Shown: positions 9,655 to 19,936, counted from the stretch's first letter. The stretch is DNA of 32,282 bases from Saprospira sp. (GCA_044372845.1 JBILRD010000001.1:1-32282); one strand, 5' to 3'. Numbers and translations: made by a program. The notes: generated from the letters alone by a model not told the origin.

Positions 9655-10872
9655 TTAATCTTTCACCGGCACAAGTCTGCTGCCCAGATAAATAGAAATT
9701 ATTGTCAAAGCAAAAGCCAGCCAACCGATATTTTCATATCCAGAAATAGAATTTACTCCAGTATTTACATTGCCAGTCTCGGTAACCATTAGACCGCTTA
9801 TGATTGCTGCAGTTCCGGCTGCAAATTGCTGCATGGACGTATTGATACTTACAAATCCAGCTCTGTATCTTGTTTCTGCACTGGACACAACCATAGTGGT
9901 TGATGGAATAATCCTGCCGCTGATAAAGATAAAAAACATGGAAGTTACTAATAGAGCAACGGGCATGGCAACCATAGGAAGATGCGTCAGTAAAAGAATT
10001 GGTATGATAGAGGTAAAGGCAAAAATGATGAATAGTTTTTTATGCCCATATTTATCTGCAAGCCTACCAATGAGAGGGCCACTCACTAAGGTGCATAAGC
10101 CACCAATAAAATAAATATAAACCAGATCTATTTGCTTGAATCCAATATTACCAACCATGTAAGGACTAATGTAGGGTATTATCATAAACTGACTCAAAAC
10201 AAGAGTGAGACTCATGCCAAGGGCTGTTAATTGATTAGGGTTTTTTAGAACTCTGGTGATGACACTAAAGGGATTGACTTTAACAAATGATGTTTCTGTG
10301 CTTTTAGTATCATTTGTTTTTAAGTTATAAAACAACAAAAACCAAACAGGAATTGAAACGAGCACTAAAATAAGGAATGGCCAATTCCAATGACCAATAG
10401 AGGCAATGTATATTCCAAACGGCACCCCAAATGCCGCTGCTGATGAGAACGCACTTAGTACTATTCCCATGGCTCCGGCTCGTTTCCCAATTGGAAAACT
10501 ATCCCCAACAGTAGATAAAATTAGTGCATTTAGGATTCCACCGAAAATCCCTGTCAACATTCTTGCCATCAGTAACAAGAAGAAGCTGTTTGCAAGCCCA
10601 CAGGCCAAAGTGCCAACAATAAAACCAAAATATGCAGTTAGAACTGCTTTTCTTCTAGGTAATCTGTCAATAAAAAAGGAAGATAACAAAACGGCGATGC
10701 CAGCACTCATGGTGTAAGAAGCTACTAAAAATCCAAATTCTTTAGCGGTGATATTGAAAATTCTCATCAGTTGTGGCCCTAATGGCATCATCACCATAAA
10801 GTCGATGATATGGGTAAATTTGGCCCCAGCAAGTGCCGCTAGTAAATATTTTTCATTTTTACTGTAACTCAT
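9655..10872 (-). CDS. Major facilitator superfamily transporter
   Basis: About 12 hydrophobic segments; motif A-like IDRLPRR and GRLADKYGHK. Confidence 0.9.
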   Translation of the reverse strand: MSYSKNEKYLLAALAGAKFTHIIDFMVMMPLGPQLMRIFNITAKEFGFLVASYTMSAGIAVLLSSFFIDRLPRRKAVLTAYFGFIVGTLACGLANSFFLLLMARMLTGIFGGILNALILSTVGDSFPIGKRAGAMGIVLSAFSSAAAFGVPFGIYIASIGHWNWPFLILVLVSIPVWFLLFYNLKTNDTKSTETSFVKVNPFSVITRVLKNPNQLTALGMSLTLVLSQFMIIPYISPYMVGNIGFKQIDLVYIYFIGGLCTLVSGPLIGRLADKYGHKKLFIIFAFTSIIPILLLTHLPMVAMPVALLVTSMFFIFISGRIIPSTTMVVSSAETRYRAGFVSINTSMQQFAAGTAAIISGLMVTETGNVNTGVNSISGYENIGWLAFALTIISIYLGSRLVPVKD

Positions 10873-11049
10873 TTCTTTAGAATATCGAGTGTTAATCCAC
10901 TTATTAGCTCTTAATATTCAAAAAAATAGAAGATATTTTTTTGAATGCTGCAAATATCGCTATTTTTAAGCAATACTTTGTAGGAATAGAATTAAACGAA
11001 AGGTTTTACATTTTGTTCTTAATTATAAAAAATTGATTTATAATATTTT

Positions 11050-11913
11050 ATGAAAGGAATTATTTTAGCAGGTGGTCAAGGTACCAGACTTTATCCTCTG
11101 ACTCTTGCAGTTAGTAAACAATTGATGCCTGTTTATGATAAACCAATGATATACTATCCTTTGTCTACTTTAATGTCGGCAGGAATCAGAGAAATTGCTA
11201 TCATATCAACACCTTATGATTTGCCAAATTTTAAAAAATTGCTGGGAGATGGTTCTGAGATAGGGTGTAGCTTTACATACATTGAACAACCTAATCCAGA
11301 GGGCATTGCCCAGGCTTTTATTCTGGCTGAAGAATTTATCGGCAAAGATAAGGTAGCACTTATACTGGGGGATAATATTTTTTACGGAAACAGACTTGAG
11401 GAGCAGTTACAAGCTTCAACCAATGCCGAAGGGGGAGTAATCTTTGCTTATCAGGTATCAGATCCCGAAAGATATGGAGTTGTAGAATTTGATGATGAAT
11501 TCAGCGCATTGACCATTGAAGAAAAACCCTTGAACCCGAAGTCTAATTACGCAGTGCCAGGCATTTATTTCTACGATAATGATGTTGTTGAAATCTCCAA
11601 GAATCTTAAACCAAGTCCTAGAGGTGAGCTTGAAATAACTGATGTAAACCTTGAGTATCTCAAGCAAAAACGCTTGAAAGTCATGGTAATGGGTAGAGGA
11701 GTAGCCTGGTTGGACACTGGAACTATAGCTTCTTTAATGCAAGCAGGTCAATTTATCGAAGTTATTGAACTTCGACAGGGATTGAAAATAGGTTGTATTG
11801 AAGAGGTAGCCTACCAAATGGGTTTTATCGATGCAAAACAGCTGGAATTTTTAGGAGAGAAATACAAAAAGAGTGGATATGGAGAATATTTACTCAGACT
11901 TTTAAAGATGTAA
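11050..11913 (+). CDS. rfbA: Glucose-1-phosphate thymidylyltransferase
   Basis: [53 protein letters not shown]. Confidence 0.97.
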   Translation: MKGIILAGGQGTRLYPLTLAVSKQLMPVYDKPMIYYPLSTLMSAGIREIAIISTPYDLPNFKKLLGDGSEIGCSFTYIEQPNPEGIAQAFILAEEFIGKDKVALILGDNIFYGNRLEEQLQASTNAEGGVIFAYQVSDPERYGVVEFDDEFSALTIEEKPLNPKSNYAVPGIYFYDNDVVEISKNLKPSPRGELEITDVNLEYLKQKRLKVMVMGRGVAWLDTGTIASLMQAGQFIEVIELRQGLKIGCIEEVAYQMGFIDAKQLEFLGEKYKKSGYGEYLLRLLKM

Positions 11914-12026
11914 TTTTTTGATTTTTAGTAAATCAATTATTGATTGAAATTTACAAAAAAATCAGAAAACATCTTAACTTTATGCAGTGAACAAAGTTTT
12001 AATCAGTATAACTTAATCATAAAATA

Positions 12027-13364
12027 ATGGATATTTTAAAAAGCATATTTGCAGAAAAAGCTCATGCACTATTTCTTGAAAACAAGGAATTACTCAAGGA
12101 ATATGGCCATGTTAAATTGTGTGATGTAAGTATTGATCAGGCATTTAAAGGTATGCGTGATATCAAATGTATGATTTGGGAGCCGTCTGAACTGGATGCC
12201 AATGAAGGTATTCGTTTTAGAGGCTATTCCATTATTCAACTCAGAAAAGCGCTACCTAAAGTTCCGGGTGGAAGAGAGCCAATGCCTGAGGGTCTATTTT
12301 GGTTGATGATGACAGGAGATATTCCTACTGAAGAACAGGCTTATTGGTTGTCAGATGAGTGGAGAAAGCGTGCTGAAGTTCCACAGCATACCTTTGATAT
12401 GATAGAAGCGATGCCTAAGGATACTCATCCGATGACTCAATTCAGTATGGCTATCTTATCTATGCAGACTGACAGTATTTTTGCCAAAAGATATGACGAA
12501 GGTATGGGTAAGGATGATTACTGGGATGCTTACTATGAGGATAGTATGAATCTTATTGCCAGATTGCCTCGTATTGCGGCATATATTTACAGGAGATCTT
12601 TCCATAACGGAAATCACATTGCGCCTGATCAAAATCTGGATTGGGGTGGCAATTATGCGCATATGCTTGGCGTTTCTGATGATCCATTCTTCAAAACATT
12701 GATGAGATTGTATCTGACAATACATGCTGATCATGAGGGAGGTAATGCTTCCGCTCATACTACCCATCTTGTAGGTTCTACTTTGAGTGATCCTTACTAT
12801 TGCTTATCAGGTGGTATTAATGCACTTGCGGGTCCTCTACATGGATTGGCTAACCAAGAAGTGATAAAATGGATTTTGGAGATGATAGATGATTTGGGAA
12901 CAAACACCCCAACTAATGATGAATTGTCTGATTATATCATGAAAACATTGGAATCCGGTAAGGTAATTCCTGGTTACGGCCATGCTGTCTTACGCCAACC
13001 GGATCCTCGATATATCGCCCAGCGTCATTTTGCTGAAGAATACATCAAGGAAGATCCAATTGTTAATATCGTTTGGAAATTATTTACGATCGTTCCTCCA
13101 ATTCTTCAGGATTTAGGCAAGGTTAAAAATCCATGGCCAAATGTTGACGCCCACTCAGGTGCTTTGTTAATGCATTATGGTATGAATGAGTTCAGCTATT
13201 ATACTGTTCTATTCGGTGTTTCCCGAGCATTAGGAGTTTTGGCTGCCGGTATTTGGTCCCGAGCTCTGGGAATGCCTTTGGAAAGACCAAAATCATTGAC
13301 ATCAAAAGCTGTTAAAAAGTTTATTGAAGAACAACAAGCAGCTGCCGCTAAACCAAATATGTAA
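12027..13364 (+). CDS. gltA: Citrate (Si)-synthase, eukaryotic/mitochondrial type
   Basis: DHEGGNASAH, LAGPLHGLANQEV, PGYGHAVLR, NPWPNVDAHSG, YYTVLFGVSRALG, LERPKS. Confidence 0.93.
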   Translation: MDILKSIFAEKAHALFLENKELLKEYGHVKLCDVSIDQAFKGMRDIKCMIWEPSELDANEGIRFRGYSIIQLRKALPKVPGGREPMPEGLFWLMMTGDIPTEEQAYWLSDEWRKRAEVPQHTFDMIEAMPKDTHPMTQFSMAILSMQTDSIFAKRYDEGMGKDDYWDAYYEDSMNLIARLPRIAAYIYRRSFHNGNHIAPDQNLDWGGNYAHMLGVSDDPFFKTLMRLYLTIHADHEGGNASAHTTHLVGSTLSDPYYCLSGGINALAGPLHGLANQEVIKWILEMIDDLGTNTPTNDELSDYIMKTLESGKVIPGYGHAVLRQPDPRYIAQRHFAEEYIKEDPIVNIVWKLFTIVPPILQDLGKVKNPWPNVDAHSGALLMHYGMNEFSYYTVLFGVSRALGVLAAGIWSRALGMPLERPKSLTSKAVKKFIEEQQAAAAKPNM

Positions 13365-13387
13365 TTTATTTTAAATAAATATCAGGC

Positions 13388-13416
13388 AAAAGCCATTTCA
13401 ATACGAAGTGGCTTTT
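13388..13416. terminator. Probable bidirectional terminator overlapping the DUF2851 stop codon
   Basis: AAAAGCCATTTC-aatac-GAAGTGGCTTTT (one G-U pair) between convergent genes. Confidence 0.65.
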
Positions 13417-14726
13417 GTTGTTTTAGGGATCTTGCCTAGCTCAGATTTTGAAGCAATCAGTTTGTTTCCAATAGCACAATGCAAACATTGTTTTTGATCA
13501 CAATAGTGTTTTTTTAGATGGATTAAGGCTTGTGATTGATGAGCATTAATAATTTCCAATCCTAGACTTGACCACATCTCTGTAATAACATTTTTTTCGG
13601 CTTCAATCGTTTCCAACCACCTTAAAGCACGATCACAATAAGATTCCTCTTTCATTCTTTTTCCATATAAAAACAGAAAAGGAACAAAGGTATTGATGAC
13701 AATATTGTAAAAGCTTGCCCCTCCTAAACTTTTGTTTTGTCTTTTTTCAGTTTGATCTTCAAAGCGATAATGTGTTAACCAGTATTCAGAAACCTTCAGG
13801 TCAAAAATAATTTTTAGATCTTCTAAATTTTCTGTTTGAAGCAAAGTTGAAAATAAAGGTTTACTGTTGAATATCAATTGTGCAAATAAAGCAATGCGTA
13901 TGGTCGGAAATGCTGCTGGCCGCATTCTGCCAAATTTCCAGGAGGAAAGTCGAATGGGTCTTAAGTTAAATTTTTTTGATAGGTGCTTGAATTCATTTTT
14001 TAATTTTAATGGATAATCTTCCACATAACATTCTTCAAGAAAACCTGCTTGTCCGAATAACATAGCTTCTATTTGTAAAAGATTGTCCCTGTGTTTGTTT
14101 AAAGTCTTTAAGGGTAATGATTTGGCCAATAATTCGAATGGTTCTGCGTTGATAGAGCTGCCAAAATTTCTAGCCAGAAAAACATACAACGTATTTTCCC
14201 AATCAAATTGATTTTTATCCAATTCAAGTTTAATTATTTCAGTTTTATATTCTAGCCTATCAATAGCCAGTCGCTCCAGCCACATTTGAATAACTAGGTC
14301 TGGGACAGCTTCTATTTGAGTACTGCAAGGAATTAGTTCTGAACTTAACAACAGGTTCATACTATTTTGGATAATCTCTTCAGATATTCTTCCGGATAGC
14401 TCTAATGTAGGAATGATACTGCCATCTATTCTGCGAATGTCTTGATCATGCTCGTAAACGATATGCAAAATAACATTATCATAAGCTGCGTCAAGATGAT
14501 GTTGATGTCTGATCCAATCAGATGATTTCAGGTGAATTTCAGCTTGTCCAAACCATATATTATTCCCAATTTTAATTCTTGACTCACTAAAATCAGGACC
14601 TGAATGTCGATTGTGAAAACCAGGATGGTAAATTTCTATAGGCTCTTTGTCAGTAGTTTTTAATAGCTGATGATCAAATAGTCTGAACTTCCAGACATAG
14701 TGTAAAAAGGATTCGGGGAATGTCAT
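13398..14726 (-). CDS. DUF2851 family protein
   Basis: ExFLHYVW start, GPDF, EIHxxSSDWxxHxHxxDxxY, FGQAGFL, RPAAFPTIR, C-terminal YCxxxxCLHCAIG. Confidence 0.85.
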   Translation of the reverse strand: MTFPESFLHYVWKFRLFDHQLLKTTDKEPIEIYHPGFHNRHSGPDFSESRIKIGNNIWFGQAEIHLKSSDWIRHQHHLDAAYDNVILHIVYEHDQDIRRIDGSIIPTLELSGRISEEIIQNSMNLLLSSELIPCSTQIEAVPDLVIQMWLERLAIDRLEYKTEIIKLELDKNQFDWENTLYVFLARNFGSSINAEPFELLAKSLPLKTLNKHRDNLLQIEAMLFGQAGFLEECYVEDYPLKLKNEFKHLSKKFNLRPIRLSSWKFGRMRPAAFPTIRIALFAQLIFNSKPLFSTLLQTENLEDLKIIFDLKVSEYWLTHYRFEDQTEKRQNKSLGGASFYNIVINTFVPFLFLYGKRMKEESYCDRALRWLETIEAEKNVITEMWSSLGLEIINAHQSQALIHLKKHYCDQKQCLHCAIGNKLIASKSELGKIPKTTKATSY

Positions 14727-14819
14727 AATTAAATAATTGGGATTAAAAAAAACTAAACTAATCTCATTTTTTCAAAAAGTCAAGTTCAGAAAAATATCCT
14801 TACATTTACATACAGTTCC

Positions 14820-15977
14820 ATGATGATGACAATCTATATCATATTATCAATTTTATTTGCTCTGGGCTATCTGGTACTCTTGATAATCTACACAAGAGAC
14901 TGGAAAAAAATGCCAGAGTTTTTTCCAAAGAATCAAGTTTTAGATACTATAAAAGTTTCGGTTATAGTCATTGCCAGAAATGAACAGGAGAATATAATAC
15001 CCTGTCTCAAGACTATACAGGGCCAGGATTATCCTATAAAAGATTTTGAAATCATTCTCGTGGATGATCATTCAGAAGATGAAACAATTGAAAGAGCAGA
15101 ACAATTGCAGATTACGAATCTCAAAATTTTAAGACTTTCTGATTGTATCAAGGCAAACGACAAGGTAATATCATTTAAAAAGAAGGCTATTGAATTTGCC
15201 ATCAAAAACGCTAATGGAGAGTTTTTAATATTTACAGATGCAGACTGTGAGGTATCTAAGGAGTGGATTTCAGAATTTGTCAGGGCTTATCAATCGACTA
15301 ATGCTCAAATGATTGCTGCTCCGGTAGTATTTTGGAAAGAGGAGAATTTTATTCAAAAATTTCAAAGTCTTGATTTTCTAGGAATGATGCTCATAACGGC
15401 AGCAGGTATAAAAGGAAAGTATCATTATATGTGTAATGGTGCCAATCTGGCATATAGTAGAAAAATATTTGAATCAGTGAGTGGATTCGAAGGCAACAAT
15501 CATTTCGCATCGGGAGACGATATTTTTTTGATGCAGAAAATCGCTAAAAGAAATCCAGAAGACATCTTTTTTCTAAAAAGTAAAAAATCAATAGTAAAAA
15601 CAAAAGCACAGACGGACTATCGGTCTTTTGTGAAACAAAGATTGAGGTGGGGCACAAAATCCAGTGCATATGAATTATTATCAACAAAAATACAATTACT
15701 ATTGGTTTGGATTTTTATGATGAATATCTTGGTTTCCCTGTCAATGCTTATTTTAAATCCACAGACAACTGTTCCGCTACTGATTTTTCAAATTCTCATT
15801 AAATCAATAGCTGATTATATTCTTTTAAAATCTGCTGTGAATTATTTTGAAAGAAAGGATTTGATGGATATTTTTATACCTTCTGTTTTTACTCACTGGT
15901 TTTACATATTAACAATTGGCTTTTTATCCATCATGAAAGTTAAATTTAACTGGAAAGGAAGGAATTTTAATCAATAA
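14820..15977 (+). CDS. Family 2 glycosyltransferase, membrane-bound (QxxRW type)
   Basis: VSVIVIARNE, VDDHSED, TDADC (DxD), GDD, QRLRW; N- and C-terminal TM helices. Confidence 0.9.
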   Translation: MMMTIYIILSILFALGYLVLLIIYTRDWKKMPEFFPKNQVLDTIKVSVIVIARNEQENIIPCLKTIQGQDYPIKDFEIILVDDHSEDETIERAEQLQITNLKILRLSDCIKANDKVISFKKKAIEFAIKNANGEFLIFTDADCEVSKEWISEFVRAYQSTNAQMIAAPVVFWKEENFIQKFQSLDFLGMMLITAAGIKGKYHYMCNGANLAYSRKIFESVSGFEGNNHFASGDDIFLMQKIAKRNPEDIFFLKSKKSIVKTKAQTDYRSFVKQRLRWGTKSSAYELLSTKIQLLLVWIFMMNILVSLSMLILNPQTTVPLLIFQILIKSIADYILLKSAVNYFERKDLMDIFIPSVFTHWFYILTIGFLSIMKVKFNWKGRNFNQ

Positions 15978-15995
15978 ATAACTGAAAATATAACG

Positions 15996-18194
15996 TTGAA
16001 ACATAAATTACTATTACTTACCCCACCATTTACTCAGCTAAATACGCCATATCCGGCAACGGCTTATATCAAAGGTTTTCTGAATACTTTGGGAATTGAA
16101 TCCTTTCAGAGCGATTTGGGTATTGAGGTAATATTAGAAATTTTTAATAAAAAAGGTTTAAAAAGAATCTTCAGTCAGATAGCTGATTCGGATATTGAGC
16201 TTTCTGAAAATGCGTCCAGAATTTTTAGTTTGGAAGAAGACTATTTGTCTACGATCGATCCGTTGATAGCTTTTCTGCAAAACAGAAATCCTACCTTGGC
16301 CTACCGTATTTGCTCTGATTCTTATTTGCCAGAAGCCGGAAGATTTGCCGATATGGAAGATTTAGATTGGGCATTTGGCAGCATGGGTATTCAGGATAAA
16401 GCCAGACATTTAGCTACCAGATACCTCGAAGATTTAGGAGATTTAATCAAAGAAACGATCGATCCACATTTTGGATTCAGCCGATACGCAGAAAGATTAG
16501 GTCGTACTGCATCAAATTTTGATGAGTTAGTTGCTGAGCTTCGTAAGCCCAATAGTCTTGTAAGTGATATTTTACTGGATCGACTGGATCAACATATACA
16601 GGAGCATCAGCCCAACTTGGTTTGCCTGTCCGTTCCTTTTCCGGGAAATCTTTTTGCGGCCTTTAAATGTGGCCAGTTTATCAAAGAAAAATATCCTGAT
16701 ATAAAAATAGTTCTGGGCGGAGGCTTTGCCAATACAGAACTTCGCAGTCTCTCAGATGAAAGGGTTTTTGATTTTCTGGATTTTGTCTGTTTGGATGACG
16801 GCGAACTTCCTTTGACTTGTCTACTGGAATATTTGGGGGGAAAAAGAGCATTGAATCAACTTAAAAGGACTTTTTGCTGTATTAGTAATGTTGTCCAGTT
16901 TATCAATGGCGCTCCTGAAAAAGATATTCCTCAAAGAGAAGTCGGTACACCGGATTATAGCGATTTGAAATTAAATGACTATTTATCAGTCATAGATATT
17001 GTCAATCCGATGCACCGACTTTGGAGTGATGGCTGGTGGAATAAATTGACCCTTGCTCATGGTTGTTACTGGGGAAAATGTTCTTTTTGCGATGTCAGTC
17101 TGGATTATATTCAAAGGTATGAACCTGTAAGTGCAGAAATATTGTGTGATAGAATTGAAACAATTATTGCTCAGACAGGACAAAATGGTTTTCATTTTGT
17201 TGACGAAGCAGCTCCACCCGCTTTGATGAGAGATTTGGCCATTGAAATTCTAAAAAGAAAATTAGAAATCAGCTGGTGGACTAACATAAGATTTGAAAAA
17301 AGCTTTAGTAAAGATCTCTGCCGATTGTTGAAAGCATCAGGATGTATAGCTGTATCGGGAGGATTGGAAGTCGCTTCAGATCGATTGCTGGATATGATGA
17401 AAAAAGGGGTAACCGTGGCTCAGGTAGCTCAGGTGGCCAATGCCTTCACAGAATCAGGCATTATGGTTCATGCTTATCTGATGTATGGATTTCCAACACA
17501 GACAGCAAAAGAAACCATCGACTCTTTGGAGATGGTCAGACAATTGTTTGAAGCTGATGTTTTGCAGTCTGGTTTTTGGCATCAGTTTGCAATGACGGCT
17601 CATAGTCCTGTAGGCTTGAACCCCGAAGCCTATAAGGTAGTCCATACGGGTCCTGTTTTTGGAGGGTTTGCCGAGAATGACTATTTTCACGAAGACCCGA
17701 ACGGGGCAGATCATGAGTTGTTCTCTCAGGGATTAAAAACCTCGCTTTACAATTATATGCTTGGAGTGGGATTGGATTTGCCATTGTCCAAATGGTTTGA
17801 GTTCAATATTCCAAAAACATCTGTTCCAAAAGATTTTATTGCTAAAGCGATATCCGAGGAAGACAGGAATTTTCAAAAAGATAACAGCAAACTTTATTGG
17901 TTGGGGAAAAAGCCCGAAATTCATTATTTCTCAGAAATAGATAAGAAAGGGAAAAGCCATGATTTTACGGCCTTGATTTTTTACAATAAAAAAACGGATG
18001 CCAGTATTGAATTAGCGGCAGATATGGGAAAATGGTTGTTTGAGCTAATTGTTAAAACAATAGAGAATCCCAAAACTTTTACCATTTCTAACTTAAAAGA
18101 TGATTTCGAAAAGCAAGACTATAAAGAGTTTGATAAATTCATTAACTCTGATTTGTTTTATAAACTGAGGGAAAATGGTTTATTGCTTTTATAA
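15996..18194 (+). CDS. B12-binding-domain radical SAM protein
   Basis: CxxxCxxC motif CYWGKCSFC; IVLGGGF in the cobalamin-binding-like domain; FVDE, GGLE, YLMYGFP; TTG start. Confidence 0.88.
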   Translation: MKHKLLLLTPPFTQLNTPYPATAYIKGFLNTLGIESFQSDLGIEVILEIFNKKGLKRIFSQIADSDIELSENASRIFSLEEDYLSTIDPLIAFLQNRNPTLAYRICSDSYLPEAGRFADMEDLDWAFGSMGIQDKARHLATRYLEDLGDLIKETIDPHFGFSRYAERLGRTASNFDELVAELRKPNSLVSDILLDRLDQHIQEHQPNLVCLSVPFPGNLFAAFKCGQFIKEKYPDIKIVLGGGFANTELRSLSDERVFDFLDFVCLDDGELPLTCLLEYLGGKRALNQLKRTFCCISNVVQFINGAPEKDIPQREVGTPDYSDLKLNDYLSVIDIVNPMHRLWSDGWWNKLTLAHGCYWGKCSFCDVSLDYIQRYEPVSAEILCDRIETIIAQTGQNGFHFVDEAAPPALMRDLAIEILKRKLEISWWTNIRFEKSFSKDLCRLLKASGCIAVSGGLEVASDRLLDMMKKGVTVAQVAQVANAFTESGIMVHAYLMYGFPTQTAKETIDSLEMVRQLFEADVLQSGFWHQFAMTAHSPVGLNPEAYKVVHTGPVFGGFAENDYFHEDPNGADHELFSQGLKTSLYNYMLGVGLDLPLSKWFEFNIPKTSVPKDFIAKAISEEDRNFQKDNSKLYWLGKKPEIHYFSEIDKKGKSHDFTALIFYNKKTDASIELAADMGKWLFELIVKTIENPKTFTISNLKDDFEKQDYKEFDKFINSDLFYKLRENGLLLL

Positions 18195-18271
18195 TTATCG
18201 CTGATAAAGACTTCTTTACAAATATTTTGACTAATTATGTATTTAATTTTATTACTAATATCTAACAAACC

Positions 18272-19936
18272 ATGAATATTCAAATATCCACCATTAGAAA
18301 CCTAAAGCTTGTCATTTATCTAGTTTTAGTCTTCGTAATCGCACCTTTATACGTTTATGTGAATCTTCCCGTAATAAGTCCTTGGTTTATTGGATTGCCG
18401 CTGGAAGTGTTTTTTCTTTCAATGGTCGTTGTTGGATTGGAAGTTCAAGTCATCAAAGGGCAGAAAAAGGGTGCTTTCATTACAGCGCTTTTAATAATGA
18501 TTATTTCCTTGATTTATATTGGAGTGATGTCTATTGCCGGAATGCCCATGTTTCGCGCTGATAAATACCATCAATTATTGGGGGAAGTAAAGGAAGGAAA
18601 AAGTTTTTCGGAAGATGTAACTCCCGTTGCAGCAGATAAAATCAGGATTGTAGACAAGGAAGTAGCCCGTCGTTTAGGGGACAAGGTACTAGGGGAAGAA
18701 CCAGCCTTGGGAAGCCAGGTTTATATTGGCGATTTTCATATTCAGAAAGTAAAGGAAGATCTTTTTTGGGTAGCACCCTTAGAGCATTCAGGATTTTTCA
18801 AATGGTTGAATAATCCAAACGGTACCCACGGTTATATAATGGTTTCGGCAACTAACGAAAGGGATGTGAAACTAGTGAGAGAGATCAATGGTAAGCCTGT
18901 TAAAATAAAATATCAGATGGAAGGATGGTTTAGCGATTATCTTCCCAGACATATTTACATGAAAGGTTATTATAATTTAGGTTTGACGGACTATACTTTT
19001 GAAATTGACGATGAAGGAAATCCTTACTGGGTTGTCACCCTTTATAAACACGAAATAGGTTTTAGCGGAAACAATGCCTATGCTATTGTAGTAGTCAATG
19101 CCAGTACCGGAGCTGTTAAAAAGTATACTGCTAAAGATGCTCCAACCTGGATCGACAGGATGCAACCCAAAGATATTATTGAAAGTCAAATCAATAACTG
19201 GGGCGAATATGTTCACGGGTATTGGAATTTCTCCAACAAAGATAAGCTTCAAGCATCGGAAGGTATGTCTTTGGTTTATGGTAATGACAATCGTTCTTAC
19301 TGGTACACAGGTATTACATCGGTAGGTGGAGACGAAAGTACCATAGGTTTTATGTTGGTAGACACCAGAACCAAAGAAGCTAAATTGTATCGTCAACCGG
19401 GAGCAACAGAAAATGCAGCGATGCAATCTGCTCAGGGTAAGGTTCAGGAAAAAGGTTACACGAGCTCTTTCCCGATTATGTACAATATAAACGGCATTGC
19501 CACCTATGTCATGTCTCTAAAAGATCAGGCAGGGTTGATTAAAATGATTGCCATGGTTTCTGTTCAAGATTATTCAATTGTTGGGGTTGGAGATAATTTG
19601 AGAGATGCCCTTAGAGCCTATAAAGACGCCTATAGCAACTCCGGCAATGCCCCTGTTGTTCATTCAAAGAAGGCCGCCAATCAATTAAGAGCTAAAGTCA
19701 AAAGAATCTCTGTAGATGTAAGTGGGGGCAATTCCAACTATTTTATTTTACTCGAAAATCTTGAAGATAAAATCTACATCGGATCATCTTCAATTTCCAA
19801 AAAATTGCCTTTGACCAATGCAGGAGATTCGGTCTTACTCGAGTTTGAACCAAGCTCGTCTTCAGAAATTGAAATCTATGGCTTTGATAATCTTTTATTC
19901 AAAGCAACAGATAAAATTGAAAAGGAAGGAAAATAG
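18272..19936 (+). CDS. Uncharacterised membrane-anchored protein (3 N-terminal TM helices, large extracytoplasmic domain)
   Basis: 554-aa ORF; hydrophobic residues about 13-90; PepSY-like segments VVVNASTG and MLVDTRTK. Confidence 0.75.
   Translation: MNIQISTIRNLKLVIYLVLVFVIAPLYVYVNLPVISPWFIGLPLEVFFLSMVVVGLEVQVIKGQKKGAFITALLIMIISLIYIGVMSIAGMPMFRADKYHQLLGEVKEGKSFSEDVTPVAADKIRIVDKEVARRLGDKVLGEEPALGSQVYIGDFHIQKVKEDLFWVAPLEHSGFFKWLNNPNGTHGYIMVSATNERDVKLVREINGKPVKIKYQMEGWFSDYLPRHIYMKGYYNLGLTDYTFEIDDEGNPYWVVTLYKHEIGFSGNNAYAIVVVNASTGAVKKYTAKDAPTWIDRMQPKDIIESQINNWGEYVHGYWNFSNKDKLQASEGMSLVYGNDNRSYWYTGITSVGGDESTIGFMLVDTRTKEAKLYRQPGATENAAMQSAQGKVQEKGYTSSFPIMYNINGIATYVMSLKDQAGLIKMIAMVSVQDYSIVGVGDNLRDALRAYKDAYSNSGNAPVVHSKKAANQLRAKVKRISVDVSGGNSNYFILLENLEDKIYIGSSSISKKLPLTNAGDSVLLEFEPSSSSEIEIYGFDNLLFKATDKIEKEGK

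Noticed and set aside
9605-9724. 40-aa N-terminal extension of the OMP ORF
   Set aside because: Overlaps the MFS 3' end; ATG 9604 gives a clean signal peptide
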